From Eubacteriales bacterium (lineage in GTDB: Bacteria; Bacillota; Clostridia; Oscillospirales; CAG-272), in the NCBI GenBank assembly GCA_045577415.1, contig JAZNII010000131.1, forward strand, positions 1-54,546: 54,546 bases of DNA, read 5' to 3'. A model generated the notes under the pieces. The model was not told where the DNA came from. It saw nothing but the letters and a program-made list of their open reading frames with translations, and made no database searches. The position numbers and the translations under genes are program-made. Of this stretch, positions 1 through 9,223 are shown in pieces (positions within the stretch are counted from its first letter, which is position 1; each line of letters starts with the position of its first letter).

Positions 1-356
1 GACAATTCGGGGGCGTAGGTGTATTTTTCGAAAATCACTTTATTGGTCTTACCGAAGGTTACGGTTGCCGAATAGGAATAAGACGAAAGATCCAGAACGA
101 GAACCGATATGTCGTTGCGGACAACGTGGAGCTTTGAGGGAGATCCGCTGCCGTCCTCTCTTTTGTATACTCTATCGGTGAACCTACATTCATCCATAGC
201 GGTCAGAAGCTTTCCCGCGGTGGCAACACTGACCGAAGCGCTTTTGCTGACAGAGGCGCGTGTGATCTCGTCGCAAGTGAGTGCGGCATCGATAAGGTGA
301 TGCAATGCCTCGTTCTTTATATTTAATTTTTTGGTTCCCAATTTAAATCTTTTCAT
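1..356 (-). CDS. ROK-family-like transcriptional regulator, N-terminal part (runs off window)
   Basis: Manual translation from ATG at 356: MKRFKLGTKKLNIKNEALHHLIDAALTCDEITRASVSKSASVSVATAGKLL...SVLVLDLS. wHTH pattern ITRAxxS...S.AT followed by a ROK-like xLxLD strand; AAAGGA RBS upstream; not in ORF track because truncated. Confidence 0.55.
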   Translation of the reverse strand, partial: MKRFKLGTKKLNIKNEALHHLIDAALTCDEITRASVSKSASVSVATAGKLLTAMDECRFTDRVYKREDGSGSPSKLHVVRNDISVLVLDLSSYSYSATVTFGKTNKVIFEKYTYAPEL

Positions 357-480
357 GGTTGCATCCTTTGATCTCTATGCTTAAATTATAATGTAAGAAG
401 CGGGAAAAGTCAAGACCTTCAAGCATTTTTTGCCTTTTAAAAAAATTAACAAAAAATTAATAAATTTTTAGGAAAAAGTA

Positions 481-509
481 TTGACAAAAATAAAGGTTAA
501 TGGTATAAT
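481..509 (+). promoter_or_regulatory. sigma-A promoter of rplU operon
   Basis: TTGACA(481-486)-17bp-TATAAT(504-509) with TGn extension. Confidence 0.85.
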
Positions 510-513
510 GATA

Positions 514-600
514 TGCCGCATAAAAATGGCTCTTTTAAGTGTGCAGTTTTTTATTGAAATTGCATCGCCATCATAGCGAGACTTATATGAAAGAGAGGTG
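514..600 (+). ncRNA. putative L21 ribosomal-protein leader (structured 5' UTR)
   Basis: Lies between promoter and rplU RBS; nested pairings TGGC/GCCA and GTGCAGTTT/AAATTGCAT; position matches Firmicute L21 leaders. Confidence 0.4.
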
Positions 601-606
601 CTTTTC

Positions 607-915
607 GTGTTTGCAATCATTGAAACCGGCGGAAAGCAGTACAAGGTAACAGAGCAGGATATTATCTTTGTTGAGAAGCTTGACTGCGAGGAAGGTGCAG
701 AGATCGTATTCGACAAGGTCGTTGCAGTTTCTACCGAGGATGGCTTTAAGGCAGGAACCCCCTACGTTGACGGTGCTTCCGTTAAGGGAACCGTTGTTAA
801 GAACGGCAAGGGTAAGAAAATCTATGTCATCAAGTATAAGGCAAAGAAGGATTCGAAGAAGAAGATCGGTCACAGACAGCCTTACACCAAGATCCAGATC
901 ACATCTATTGGTTAA
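607..915 (+). CDS. rplU: 50S ribosomal protein L21
   Basis: (M)[13 protein letters not shown]...GHRQPYT; GTG start after GAGAGGTG RBS. Confidence 0.97.
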   Translation: MFAIIETGGKQYKVTEQDIIFVEKLDCEEGAEIVFDKVVAVSTEDGFKAGTPYVDGASVKGTVVKNGKGKKIYVIKYKAKKDSKKKIGHRQPYTKIQITSIG

Positions 916-921
916 TAGGTT

Positions 922-1284
922 ATGACGAAGTTAGTATTTTTCCGCAGCGGAGGAGTCTTTTACGGCTTTGAGGAGCAAGGACATACGGGCTACGGTGAGG
1001 AGGGCGATGACGTTCTCTGTGCCGCGCTGAGTGCGATGACCATGCTCATTATCAATACCGTTGAGGTGGCGTACGCTTCCTCGGTCGATTTCACTATCGA
1101 CGAAGAGACGACCAATATCCGAGTAAGATCCAAGGCGGCTCTCCCCGAATATGAGGAGGACGAGCTTAAAAGATATGCGGTATCGGGACTTTTCCTTGCA
1201 TACTACAAGCAGATCGAGGATATGCTCGAGGAATATTACGACTATTTGGATGTATCTGTAGTTGACAGACCCTACGAAGATTAA
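922..1284 (+). CDS. prp: ribosomal-processing cysteine protease Prp (YsxB family)
   Basis: GHTGYGEEGDDVLCAALS His/Cys motif; canonical position between rplU and rpmA. Confidence 0.9.
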   Translation: MTKLVFFRSGGVFYGFEEQGHTGYGEEGDDVLCAALSAMTMLIINTVEVAYASSVDFTIDEETTNIRVRSKAALPEYEEDELKRYAVSGLFLAYYKQIEDMLEEYYDYLDVSVVDRPYED

Positions 1285-1342
1285 CTTTGTAGGAAAACGC
1301 ACGTAAGCGTGTAACAAAATTTTCTAAAGAGAGGATAATATT

Positions 1343-1621
1343 ATGGTAAGACTCAGTTTACAGTTCTTTGCTCATAAGAAGGGTGTCGGTTCTACCAAGA
1401 ACGGTCGTGACAGCGAATCCAAGCGCCTTGGCGTTAAGAGAGCTGACGGTCAGGCAGTTCTCGCCGGCAACATCCTCGTAAGACAGAGAGGAACAGCTAT
1501 CCATCCCGGTAACAACGTTGGTATCGGTAAGGATGATACTCTTTTTGCTCTTATCGACGGTAAGGTAAAGTTTGAGCATAAGGCAGGAGGAAGAAAGCAG
1601 GTTAGTGTTTACGCTGACTAA
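1343..1621 (+). CDS. rpmA: 50S ribosomal protein L27 with Prp-cleaved N-terminal extension
   Basis: [24 protein letters not shown]. Confidence 0.97.
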   Translation: MVRLSLQFFAHKKGVGSTKNGRDSESKRLGVKRADGQAVLAGNILVRQRGTAIHPGNNVGIGKDDTLFALIDGKVKFEHKAGGRKQVSVYAD

Positions 1622-1631
1622 TCTTCTTCTA

Positions 1632-1672
1632 AGATAGATAAGGGGTGCGGAACACGCACCCCTTATCTATCT
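1632..1672 (+). terminator. stem-loop after rpmA
   Basis: AGATAGATAAGGGGTGCG-gaaca-CGCACCCCTTATCTATCT 18-bp perfect stem; no U-tract. Confidence 0.6.
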
Positions 1673-1802
1673 GATGCAGCCGTTGCTTTTTCCCGAATAC
1701 TTCGTTGCTCCTCGAAAGCGGCTCGACTTACGAAAAGTAAGCCTTCGCCTTGCTTTCTCCGGTGCGCCTTGTCTTCGAAAAAAATCAACGGCTTAGTGTA
1801 TC
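1673..1802. repeat. ~130-bp MITE/REP-like structured element
   Basis: Terminal pairings GATGCA/TGTATC and AGCCGTTG/CAACGGCT; internal CTTACGAAAAGTAAG hairpin. Confidence 0.45.
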
Positions 1803-1833
1803 TTGGATTTAAGTGCAAAAGTGTAGTTAGATT

Positions 1834-2502
1834 ATGAAAATATTTTACGAAGATAAATATTTGCTCGTTTGCGAGAAGCCTGTGGGGGTAGAGTCGCAGA
1901 GGAGCAGTTCGGGAAAAGAGGATATGCCAACGCTGCTTGAGGAATACAGGCGAGAGAAGGGTGAGGACGATTACGTTGGCGTCGTTCATCGGCTTGACAC
2001 TGCCACGGGTGGGGCGATGATATACTCGAAGCGCGAGGATATGACGGGTAAGCTTTCTACTTTGGTACAGTCGGGAGATTACAAAAAGGTCTATCTTGCG
2101 GTGGTTCACGGCGAGCCTGAGGGGAGCGAGGGCGAGATGCGGGATCTGCTTTTCCACGACAAGCAGAAGAATAAGTCTTACGTTTGCGACAAAAAGCGTC
2201 AGGGTGTCAAGGAGGCGATACTTAAGTACCGCGTGCTTGAGACCGTCGAGCGCGAGGGCGGCGAGAAGATGTCGCTTGTTGAAATAGAGCTTTTGACGGG
2301 TAGGACGCATCAAATACGGGTGCAATTTGCGTTTCGCAAGATGCCTCTCGTGGGTGACGGGAAGTACGGCAGCCGCGACAACAAGGCGACCTGCGCTCTT
2401 TGGTCACACAGGGTTGAGTTTACCCATCCCGTGACGAAAAAGAGGATAGAGGTGGAAAGCTTGCCCAACGGAGGCTATCCTTGGACTTTGTTTGAATTAT
2501 AA
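1834..2502 (+). CDS. RluA-family RNA pseudouridine synthase
   Basis: KPVG, VHRLD (catalytic Asp), TGRTHQIRVQ, GDGKYG motifs. Confidence 0.92.
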   Translation: MKIFYEDKYLLVCEKPVGVESQRSSSGKEDMPTLLEEYRREKGEDDYVGVVHRLDTATGGAMIYSKREDMTGKLSTLVQSGDYKKVYLAVVHGEPEGSEGEMRDLLFHDKQKNKSYVCDKKRQGVKEAILKYRVLETVEREGGEKMSLVEIELLTGRTHQIRVQFAFRKMPLVGDGKYGSRDNKATCALWSHRVEFTHPVTKKRIEVESLPNGGYPWTLFEL

Positions 2503-2554
2503 TTATTTATATGAATGATTGTCGCTCAGATTTGTCGGGCGGCAATCACTTTTT

Positions 2555-3301
2555 TTAGGTTGATTTTGCGGAGTTGAGAAATTCTGTTATCGAGCAAAAG
2601 AGCATAAAGGCGACCCTTTGGCGGTAGTCGTAGGTCTCGAAAAGCGCCGCCTCGTCGGGGTTTGAGAGAAATCCGCACTCCACAAGGACGGCAGGGCATT
2701 TGGCGTTATGGAGCAGATTTATGGCACTTGTAGCCGCCTTGCATTTGCGAGTGTTGTCGGGCTGAAGCTCGGTTTGATTTTCGCGTCGGATGATCTCCGC
2801 GAGACTTGCGGAATCGGTGTTGTTTTGAGAATACCAGACCTGAAGTCCCGAATAGCGTGGGTCGCTGAATGAGTTCATGTGAATACTGACAAAAATAGCG
2901 TCGGGAGTGCTGTCGGCAATAGCAAGACGGGCGGCAAGGTCAAGCTTTTTCTTGCGACCGTGATAATCCGTGTTTCGGTCGTAGAGTAAGCGGTCGTCTT
3001 CACGGGTCATTATGACGTCAACTCCGTTTGCGCGGAGCATATCGCAGAGAATTTTTGAGATCGCGAGGTTTACGTCCTTTTCCACCAGTCCCGCTGCGCT
3101 CGACGCTCCGCCGTCCTCACCGCCGTGTCCTGCGTCGATGATCACGGTGGTATACTTGGGGGAATCGTCGCTCACAGCTACGTCTTGCTCCGTGTTGAAA
3201 AATGACAGATCAAAAGCGCAGAATAGACACGCAAGCGCCGCGATGACGGTCGAGGAGACAAGAAAAAACAGTATTAATTTTAACAAAAATCTATATTTCA
3301 T
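2555..3301 (-). CDS. cwlD: N-acetylmuramoyl-L-alanine amidase (CwlD-like, Amidase_3)
   Basis: N-terminal TM, IDAGHGGEDGGA, SIHMN, LVECGFLSN, KKxDLxxR motif. Confidence 0.8.
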   Translation of the reverse strand: MKYRFLLKLILFFLVSSTVIAALACLFCAFDLSFFNTEQDVAVSDDSPKYTTVIIDAGHGGEDGGASSAAGLVEKDVNLAISKILCDMLRANGVDVIMTREDDRLLYDRNTDYHGRKKKLDLAARLAIADSTPDAIFVSIHMNSFSDPRYSGLQVWYSQNNTDSASLAEIIRRENQTELQPDNTRKCKAATSAINLLHNAKCPAVLVECGFLSNPDEAALFETYDYRQRVAFMLFCSITEFLNSAKST

Positions 3302-3334
3302 AAGGGTTCTCCGTTGTTTATCGTTTCTGTTGAA

Positions 3335-3363
3335 ATTTTATGGCATTATAGTTTTTTTTATGC
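3335..3363 (-). promoter_or_regulatory. putative sigma-E promoter for cwlD
   Basis: Minus strand GCATA-16bp-CATAAAAT fits ATA-16/18-CATAnnnT. Confidence 0.4.
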
Positions 3364-3472
3364 CCTCGGAAGGCGTGTTTGTGCGAAAAAGCAAGGCAAC
3401 GGAGAAAAACAAGCGGTCTTTCGGCAGATTGTGACAAAAATGTTTGATGACGTGAATTTTCGGGAAAAATGC

Positions 3473-3501
3473 TTGACAATCAGGGTAAAATATTGTATAA
3501 T
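3473..3501 (+). promoter_or_regulatory. sigma-A promoter of glyA-guaB
   Basis: TTGACA-17bp-TATAAT. Confidence 0.8.
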
Positions 3502-3550
3502 TAAATTTAATATAATCGGATAATATTTACCCCACGAAAGGAATAGTAAA

Positions 3551-4789
3551 ATGAACTTTTTTGATGAGCTTGTAAACTACGACAAAGAAGTGTTCGACGC
3601 CTGCTCCTTGGAGCTTGACCGTCAGAGACACAACATCGAGCTTATCGCATCCGAGAACATCGTTTCAAAGGCGGTTCTCCTTGCGGCAGGCACGGTTCTC
3701 ACTAATAAATATGCCGAGGGATTTCCCGGTAAGCGTTACTACGGCGGATGTCAGTGCGTTGACGTCGTTGAGGATATTGCGCGCGAGAGAGCAAAGAAGC
3801 TTTTTGGCGCGGAGCATGCAAACGTCCAGCCTCACAGCGGCGCGTCCGCTAATCTCGCGGTATTTTTTGCGCTTCTTGAACCCGGCGACACCGTAATGGG
3901 TCTTAACCTTGCTCACGGTGGACACTTGTCTCACGGCTCTCCCGTTAACATTTCGGGTAAATATTTCAACATAGTTCCTTACAGCGTTTCCGACGAAACC
4001 GAGCAGCTTGATTACGACGCGATTAGGGCAACCGCTCTTGAATGTAAGCCCAAAATGATCATCGCGGGCGCCAGCGCATACTCCAGAACCATCGATTTCG
4101 CAAAGATCGCTGACATTTGTCACGAGGTCGGCGCATACTTTATGGTCGATATGGCGCACATCGCGGGTCTCGTAGCGGCTGGTCTTCATCCAAGCCCCGT
4201 GCCTTATGCCGATGTAGTTACTACAACCACACATAAGACCCTCCGCGGTCCCAGAGGAGGTATGATCCTTTGCCGTGAGGAGATTGCAAAGCAGATCGAC
4301 AAGGCAGTATTCCCCGGAACTCAGGGCGGTCCTCTTATGCACATCATTGCCGCAAAGGCGGTAGCACTTGGTGAGGCTCTTACCCCCGAATTTAAGGAAT
4401 ATCAGAAGAATATCATTGAGAACGCAAAGGTTCTTTGTGACGCGCTCAAAGCAGAAGGTTTCAGTATCGTTTCGGGCGACACCGACAACCACCTGATGCT
4501 CATCGACCTCCGTCCCTTTGGTGTTACGGGCAAGGAGATGGAGCATCGTCTTGACGAGGTAAATATCACCGTTAATAAGAACGCGATCCCCAACGATCCC
4601 GAAAAGCCTTTTGTCACAAGCGGTATAAGAGTTGGTACTCCCGCGGTCACATCCCGTGGCTTTGGTAAGGAGGAGATGGTTCTTATCGCAAAGTGGATGA
4701 AGCTTATCGCTACCGATTTCGAGGCTAACAAGGCTCAGATCAAGTCTGAGGTCGAGGCACTTTGTGCGAGATTTCCTATTTACGAGTGA
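3551..4789 (+). CDS. glyA: serine hydroxymethyltransferase
   Basis: [33 protein letters not shown]. Confidence 0.98.
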   Translation: MNFFDELVNYDKEVFDACSLELDRQRHNIELIASENIVSKAVLLAAGTVLTNKYAEGFPGKRYYGGCQCVDVVEDIARERAKKLFGAEHANVQPHSGASANLAVFFALLEPGDTVMGLNLAHGGHLSHGSPVNISGKYFNIVPYSVSDETEQLDYDAIRATALECKPKMIIAGASAYSRTIDFAKIADICHEVGAYFMVDMAHIAGLVAAGLHPSPVPYADVVTTTTHKTLRGPRGGMILCREEIAKQIDKAVFPGTQGGPLMHIIAAKAVALGEALTPEFKEYQKNIIENAKVLCDALKAEGFSIVSGDTDNHLMLIDLRPFGVTGKEMEHRLDEVNITVNKNAIPNDPEKPFVTSGIRVGTPAVTSRGFGKEEMVLIAKWMKLIATDFEANKAQIKSEVEALCARFPIYE

Positions 4790-4830
4790 TATTTGAGATT
4801 ACATAATTACAAGAAACGGAGAATTTGAAA

Positions 4831-6333
4831 ATGGCAAAGTTTATCAATGAACCTTCACATACCTTTAACGAATATCTGCTTATTCCCGGATATTCCTCCA
4901 GCGAGTGCATCCCCGCTAACGTAAGCCTCAAGACCCCTCTCGTTAAGTTTAAGAAGGGTGAGAAGCCTGCAATTGAAATGAACATTCCTATGATCTCCGC
5001 GATCATGCAGTCGGTTTCGGGCGACAGATTGGCAGTAGCTCTCGCAACCGAGGGCGGCGTATCCTTTATCTATGGCTCCCAGTCCATCGAGGATCAGGCG
5101 GCTATGGTAAAAAGAGTAAAGGAGCATAAGGCGGGCTTCGTTAAGAGCGACTCTAACCTTTCCCCCGATGCGACTATGGCAGATTGCGTAGCTCTCAAGG
5201 AGGCGACCGGTCACTCCACTATTGCAATTACCGATGATGGCACCGCAGGTGGCAAGCTGGTTGGTATTGTAACCGGACGCGACTACAGAGTAAGCCGTAT
5301 GGATCCCGCAACAAAGGTTTCCGAATTTATGACTCCCTTCGCAAAGCTCATTACTGCTCCCGAGGGAACTACTCTTAAGGAAGCTAACGACATTATCTGG
5401 GATCACAAGCTTAACAGCCTCCCCATTATAGACAAGGATCAGAGACTTTGCTCCTTCGTATTCCGCAAGGACTATGATCAGCACAAGCAGAATCCCAACG
5501 AGCTTCTCGACGCTCAAAAGAGATACGTGGTTGGTGCCGGTATCAACACGAGAGACTACGCCGAGAGAATTCCCGCTCTGGTTGAAGCAGGCGTTGACGT
5601 CGTATGTATCGACTCCTCCGAGGGCTTTTCCGAGTGGCAGGCGAGAACTATCAAGTGGGTTCGCGAAACTTACGGCGACACCGTTAAGATAGGCGCAGGT
5701 AACGTAGTTGACGCGGCAGGCTTTCGCTTCCTCGCTGACTGCGGAGCCGACTTCATCAAGGTCGGTATCGGCGGCGGTTCTATCTGCATCACCCGTGAGA
5801 CCAAGGGTATCGGTCGCGGTCAGGCGACTGCTCTTATCGAAGTCTGCGCTGAAAGAGACAGATACTTTGAGGAGACAGGAATTTACGTTCCCGTAGGAAG
5901 TGACGGCGGTATCGTTTATGACCACCACATCACATTGGCTCTCGCTATGGGCGCGGACTTCGTAATGCTCGGCAGATATTTTGCTCGTTTCGACGAATCG
6001 CCCTCCAATAAGGTAATGATCGGCGGCACCTATTATAAGGAGTATTGGGGCGAAGGCTCGGCAAGAGCAAGAAACTGGCAGAGATACGACCTCGGCGGCG
6101 ACAAAAAGCTTTCCTTCGAGGAGGGTGTTGACTCCTACGTTCCTTATGCGGGAAGCCTTAAGGACAACGTTGCTATAACACTTGCTAAGGTCAAGTCCAC
6201 TATGTGCAACTGCGGAGCTTTGACTATTCCCGAGCTTCAGGAGAAGGCAACTCTGACTCTCGTTTCGGCGACAAGTATCGTCGAGGGTGGAGCGCATGAC
6301 GTTATTCAGAAGGACAAGACTGCGATTAAGTAA
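4831..6333 (+). CDS. guaB: IMP dehydrogenase with CBS pair
   Basis: [12 protein letters not shown] catalytic Cys loop, [17 protein letters not shown]. Confidence 0.95.
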   Translation: MAKFINEPSHTFNEYLLIPGYSSSECIPANVSLKTPLVKFKKGEKPAIEMNIPMISAIMQSVSGDRLAVALATEGGVSFIYGSQSIEDQAAMVKRVKEHKAGFVKSDSNLSPDATMADCVALKEATGHSTIAITDDGTAGGKLVGIVTGRDYRVSRMDPATKVSEFMTPFAKLITAPEGTTLKEANDIIWDHKLNSLPIIDKDQRLCSFVFRKDYDQHKQNPNELLDAQKRYVVGAGINTRDYAERIPALVEAGVDVVCIDSSEGFSEWQARTIKWVRETYGDTVKIGAGNVVDAAGFRFLADCGADFIKVGIGGGSICITRETKGIGRGQATALIEVCAERDRYFEETGIYVPVGSDGGIVYDHHITLALAMGADFVMLGRYFARFDESPSNKVMIGGTYYKEYWGEGSARARNWQRYDLGGDKKLSFEEGVDSYVPYAGSLKDNVAITLAKVKSTMCNCGALTIPELQEKATLTLVSATSIVEGGAHDVIQKDKTAIK

Positions 6334-6397
6334 TGAAGACATATATCCCGTCCGAATTCGCCGAATAATGACAAATTTGGACGGGAGCTTTTTATAA
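6302..6397 (+). repeat. direct repeat A copy 1 (guaB 3' end + CCGTCCGAATT/AATTTGGACGG hairpin)
   Basis: Near-identical to 8318-8415. Confidence 0.9.
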
Positions 6398-6421
6398 AAC
6401 TATAAAATGAAAGGCAACATA

Positions 6422-8146
6422 ATGAAAAAAAGAATTTTTGCGATAATTTTGGTTTCTTGTCTTGCGCTGCTGACCCTCGCTTCATGTAACCTTGACGCAA
6501 ACAAACCGGATACAGGTATTAACGGTGGAATTACCCCCGGAACCTCTGCTAACATGAATGCTCCCGAAAATGAGGAGTCTATCAACAACGAATCCAATAA
6601 CAACGAGTCTGACAACAACGAATCAAATAACAACGAATCAAATAACAACGAATCCGACAGCAACGAGGGCGGATGCGAGGTCGTTTATAGTGAGGGACTT
6701 GAGTTTGTATCCAACGGTGACGGAACCTGCTATGTTAATGGCAGTGGCAGTTGCCGAGATCGAGAAATTCTTATTCCTCCGGTTTCTCCCGAGGGTGATG
6801 TTGTCACAGGAATAGGGGAAAATGCTTTTAGAGTCGGGGGATATATTCAGAAAATAATTATTCCCGATACGGTCACGAACGTTCAGTATTGCGCATTTCG
6901 CTGGGAAAGCGGCTTTAACTATAACGAGGATGAATATGCTTATTATATCGGAAGCTACTCCAATCCTTATGCTGTTCTAATTAAGATCAAGGATACCGAA
7001 ATAACTGATTTCGAGATGTATGATACTACCGTTGCAATTAACGATGGCGCCTTCGACTTTTGCAGAAATCTGGTAAGTCTGAATATTCCCGACAGTGTAA
7101 AGTGCATAGGATATGGAGCTTTTGAGAATTGCGACAGTCTTGTAAGCGTAACTCTTCCTGAAGGGTTGACGGCTATTGCTGAACGCACCTTTTATAGTTG
7201 TGACAGGCTGAAGAGCATTAATATTCCCGATAGCGTGATCAGCATAGGGGACAACGCGTTTGGACTTTGCTCAAGTCTTTACAGTATAAATATCCCGAGC
7301 AAGGTTGAGAGCATCGGCAGAGATGCGTTCAAGAGTTGTCAGTCTCTTATTGAGGTCTATAATCAGTCACAGATTGAGATGGTGGCAGGCGTAGCAGCTA
7401 CCAACAACGGTTACATTGGAGAAAGAGCTAAAAACATATATAACAATGAGAGCGGAGCGAGCAGAATTACGGAAAAGGACGGATACGTTTTCTATTGCAA
7501 CGACGAGACGGAGGAGTATTACCTTCTTGACTATCCCAAGGGCAGCACCTCTCTTACTCTGCCCGAGGATATTAACGGTCACAGTTACGGAATTTATGCC
7601 AATACATTCTATAACTGCAACGAAATTACTGAAATAATCATCGGCAACGGAGTAAACGATATTGGTGGCAACGCCTTTGATAATTGCCTGAACCTTATGC
7701 ATAAAGAGGGCGGTGTCTATTATATTGATAATTGGGTAGTTTCTTGCGACGATTCTGTATCTTCTGTTTCTCTCAGAAGCGGTACTGCTGGAATTGCGGT
7801 CGGCGCTTTCAGCGGATGCGAAAGCCTTAGAAGCGTTTCCTGCGGTGACAGTATAAAATATATCGGCGATGGAGCGTTTTCGTCTTGCTCGAGCCTTTCG
7901 AGTTTCGTTATTCCCGAGGGTGTTAAGAGAATCGGTTCCGCTGCGTTTATGAACTGCTCGAGTCTTACGAGTGTAACTATTCCTGAGAGTATAGAGAAGA
8001 TCGAAGACTATGCGTTTGGATTCTGCACCGGATTGAGAACGGTATTTTACGGCGGAGGCGAGTCCGATTGGGCAGCGATCGAATTTGGAGAGTACGGAAA
8101 CGACGTGCTTAAAAACATACCGATCAACTATAACCAAGGATATTGA
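6422..8146 (+). CDS. BspA-type leucine-rich-repeat (LRR_5) lipoprotein
   Basis: Lipobox LASC; repeats IPDSVxxIGxxAFxxCxxL; Asn-rich linker. Confidence 0.88.
   Translation: MKKRIFAIILVSCLALLTLASCNLDANKPDTGINGGITPGTSANMNAPENEESINNESNNNESDNNESNNNESNNNESDSNEGGCEVVYSEGLEFVSNGDGTCYVNGSGSCRDREILIPPVSPEGDVVTGIGENAFRVGGYIQKIIIPDTVTNVQYCAFRWESGFNYNEDEYAYYIGSYSNPYAVLIKIKDTEITDFEMYDTTVAINDGAFDFCRNLVSLNIPDSVKCIGYGAFENCDSLVSVTLPEGLTAIAERTFYSCDRLKSINIPDSVISIGDNAFGLCSSLYSINIPSKVESIGRDAFKSCQSLIEVYNQSQIEMVAGVAATNNGYIGERAKNIYNNESGASRITEKDGYVFYCNDETEEYYLLDYPKGSTSLTLPEDINGHSYGIYANTFYNCNEITEIIIGNGVNDIGGNAFDNCLNLMHKEGGVYYIDNWVVSCDDSVSSVSLRSGTAGIAVGAFSGCESLRSVSCGDSIKYIGDGAFSSCSSLSSFVIPEGVKRIGSAAFMNCSSLTSVTIPESIEKIEDYAFGFCTGLRTVFYGGGESDWAAIEFGEYGNDVLKNIPINYNQGY
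6584..6666 (+). repeat. 15-bp tandem repeat encoding NNESN/NNESD linker
   Basis: About 5 copies of AACAACGA(A/G)TCnrAy. Confidence 0.8.
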
Positions 8147-8155
8147 TATTTGTTT

Positions 8156-8183
8156 GGGGCGCTCGCGCAAGCGAGCGCCCTTT
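8156..8183 (+). terminator. intrinsic terminator after LRR gene
   Basis: GGGCGCTCGC-gcaa-GCGAGCGCCC TTT. Confidence 0.7.
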
Positions 8184-8212
8184 GCTATTGGAAGCAAGAC
8201 CTTAAATTTTCA

Positions 8213-8317
8213 AACACCTTGACAAAAGGTGCGAATTTTAGTATAATTATGATAATAATTCCAAGAAAAGGACATTTTATGTAAAAACATCGATTTTATA
8301 CAAAACTTATGTTGAAA
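8213..8317 (+). repeat. direct repeat B copy 1 (decayed promoter + 5' end of cyuA-like gene)
   Basis: Near-identical to 9117-9223; ATGGAA mutated to ATGTAA. Confidence 0.9.
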
Positions 8318-8415
8318 TTATCCAGAAGGACAAGACTACGATTAAGTAATTAAGACATATATCCCGTCCGAATTCGCCGATATAATGACAAATTTGGACG
8401 GACAGTTTTTTATAA
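8318..8415 (+). repeat. direct repeat A copy 2 (orphan guaB 3' end + hairpin)
   Basis: CAGAAGGACAAGACTnCGATTAAGTAA...GGACGG matches 6302-6397. Confidence 0.9.
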
Positions 8416-8432
8416 TTCATAATGTGAAAGTG

Positions 8433-8460
8433 AAAAAAGGCGTGATTTCACGCCTTTTTT
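8433..8460 (-). terminator. bidirectional-type terminator
   Basis: AAAAAAGGCGTG-attt-CACGCCTTTTTT. Confidence 0.7.
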
Positions 8461-8465
8461 GATGT

Positions 8466-8669
8466 TTAGTCATCATTCTGATATTCTAGAATATCCTCAA
8501 CCTGACAATCCAGGATTTTGCAAAGATCATCAATCGTAACTGTGGTGATAGGCTTGTTGTGCTTTAATCTGTCAATAAGGCTACGGCTGACGCCGAAGTT
8601 GTTTATTAGCTTGTAGGTGGTAACGCCTTTTCTTTTCATTGTTTCGTAAAGCGGCTTGTAGCTAATCAT
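8466..8669 (-). CDS. small XRE/Cro-C1-type HTH regulator
   Basis: MISYKPL...TTYKL...TIDDLCKILDCQVEDILEY pattern; GGAG RBS. Confidence 0.85.
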   Translation of the reverse strand: MISYKPLYETMKRKGVTTYKLINNFGVSRSLIDRLKHNKPITTVTIDDLCKILDCQVEDILEYQNDD

Positions 8670-8719
8670 CGTTATACTCCCTTTTGTAATTAATTTAATT
8701 ATAAATTGTACTCAAAGTA

Positions 8720-8748
8720 TTGACAATTGTCGATATATAGAGTATAAT
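8720..8748 (+). promoter_or_regulatory. sigma-A promoter
   Basis: TTGACA-17bp-TATAAT. Confidence 0.7.
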
Positions 8749-8814
8749 TATGCAGTAGAGAAAACAATTTAAGCTTTTTTAATAAAAAATAAGTTTGGGG
8801 GAAGGAAGAAAAAG

Positions 8815-9009
8815 ATGAATATAGTGAAAAATATTATCGAGACCGAGAACAATAAGACAGACGGTGCTATTGAAAAATGTGTGATGTGCGAAGGGAAAAC
8901 CGAGTATATGGACAGTGTACCTATAAACGAAAGAAACTATTATATTGAGGGTGCTGGACAACTTTGTAAAAAATGTTATTACAATCTCTACGTAAAAAGC
9001 GGCAGATGA
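8815..9009 (+). CDS. small CxxC...CxxC (zinc-ribbon-like) hypothetical protein
   Basis: CVMC...YIEGAGQLCKKCY; promoter and purine-rich RBS upstream. Confidence 0.65.
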   Translation: MNIVKNIIETENNKTDGAIEKCVMCEGKTEYMDSVPINERNYYIEGAGQLCKKCYYNLYVKSGR

Positions 9010-9116
9010 TTTAACGCTTTAAATAGAGATACGGATAAATGATACTAAAAAATATTTAAGAGCATTGATTCGCTTGCTCCTTTAATTAGATGGAAATCAT
9101 TTTACACTGAACAAAT

Positions 9117-9223
9117 AACACCTTGACAAAAGGTGCGAATTTTAGTATAATTATGATAATAATTCCAAGAGAAGGACATTTTATGGAAAAAACGTCGATT
9201 TTATACAAAACTTATGTCGAAAT
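9117..9223 (+). repeat. direct repeat B copy 2 (intact promoter TTGACA 9123-9128/TATAAT 9146-9151 + gene start)
   Basis: Matches 8213-8317. Confidence 0.9.

Noticed and set aside
109-300. 63-aa plus-strand ORF
   Set aside because: Antisense to the truncated minus-strand regulator, which has an RBS and HTH pattern
3665-6342. Long antisense ORFs (293 aa, 495 aa) opposite glyA and guaB; similar ones opposite kdgK, eda, ftsZ and the capsid gene (43861-45237)
   Set aside because: Shadow frames produced by biased codon usage of the real genes; no recognisable motifs
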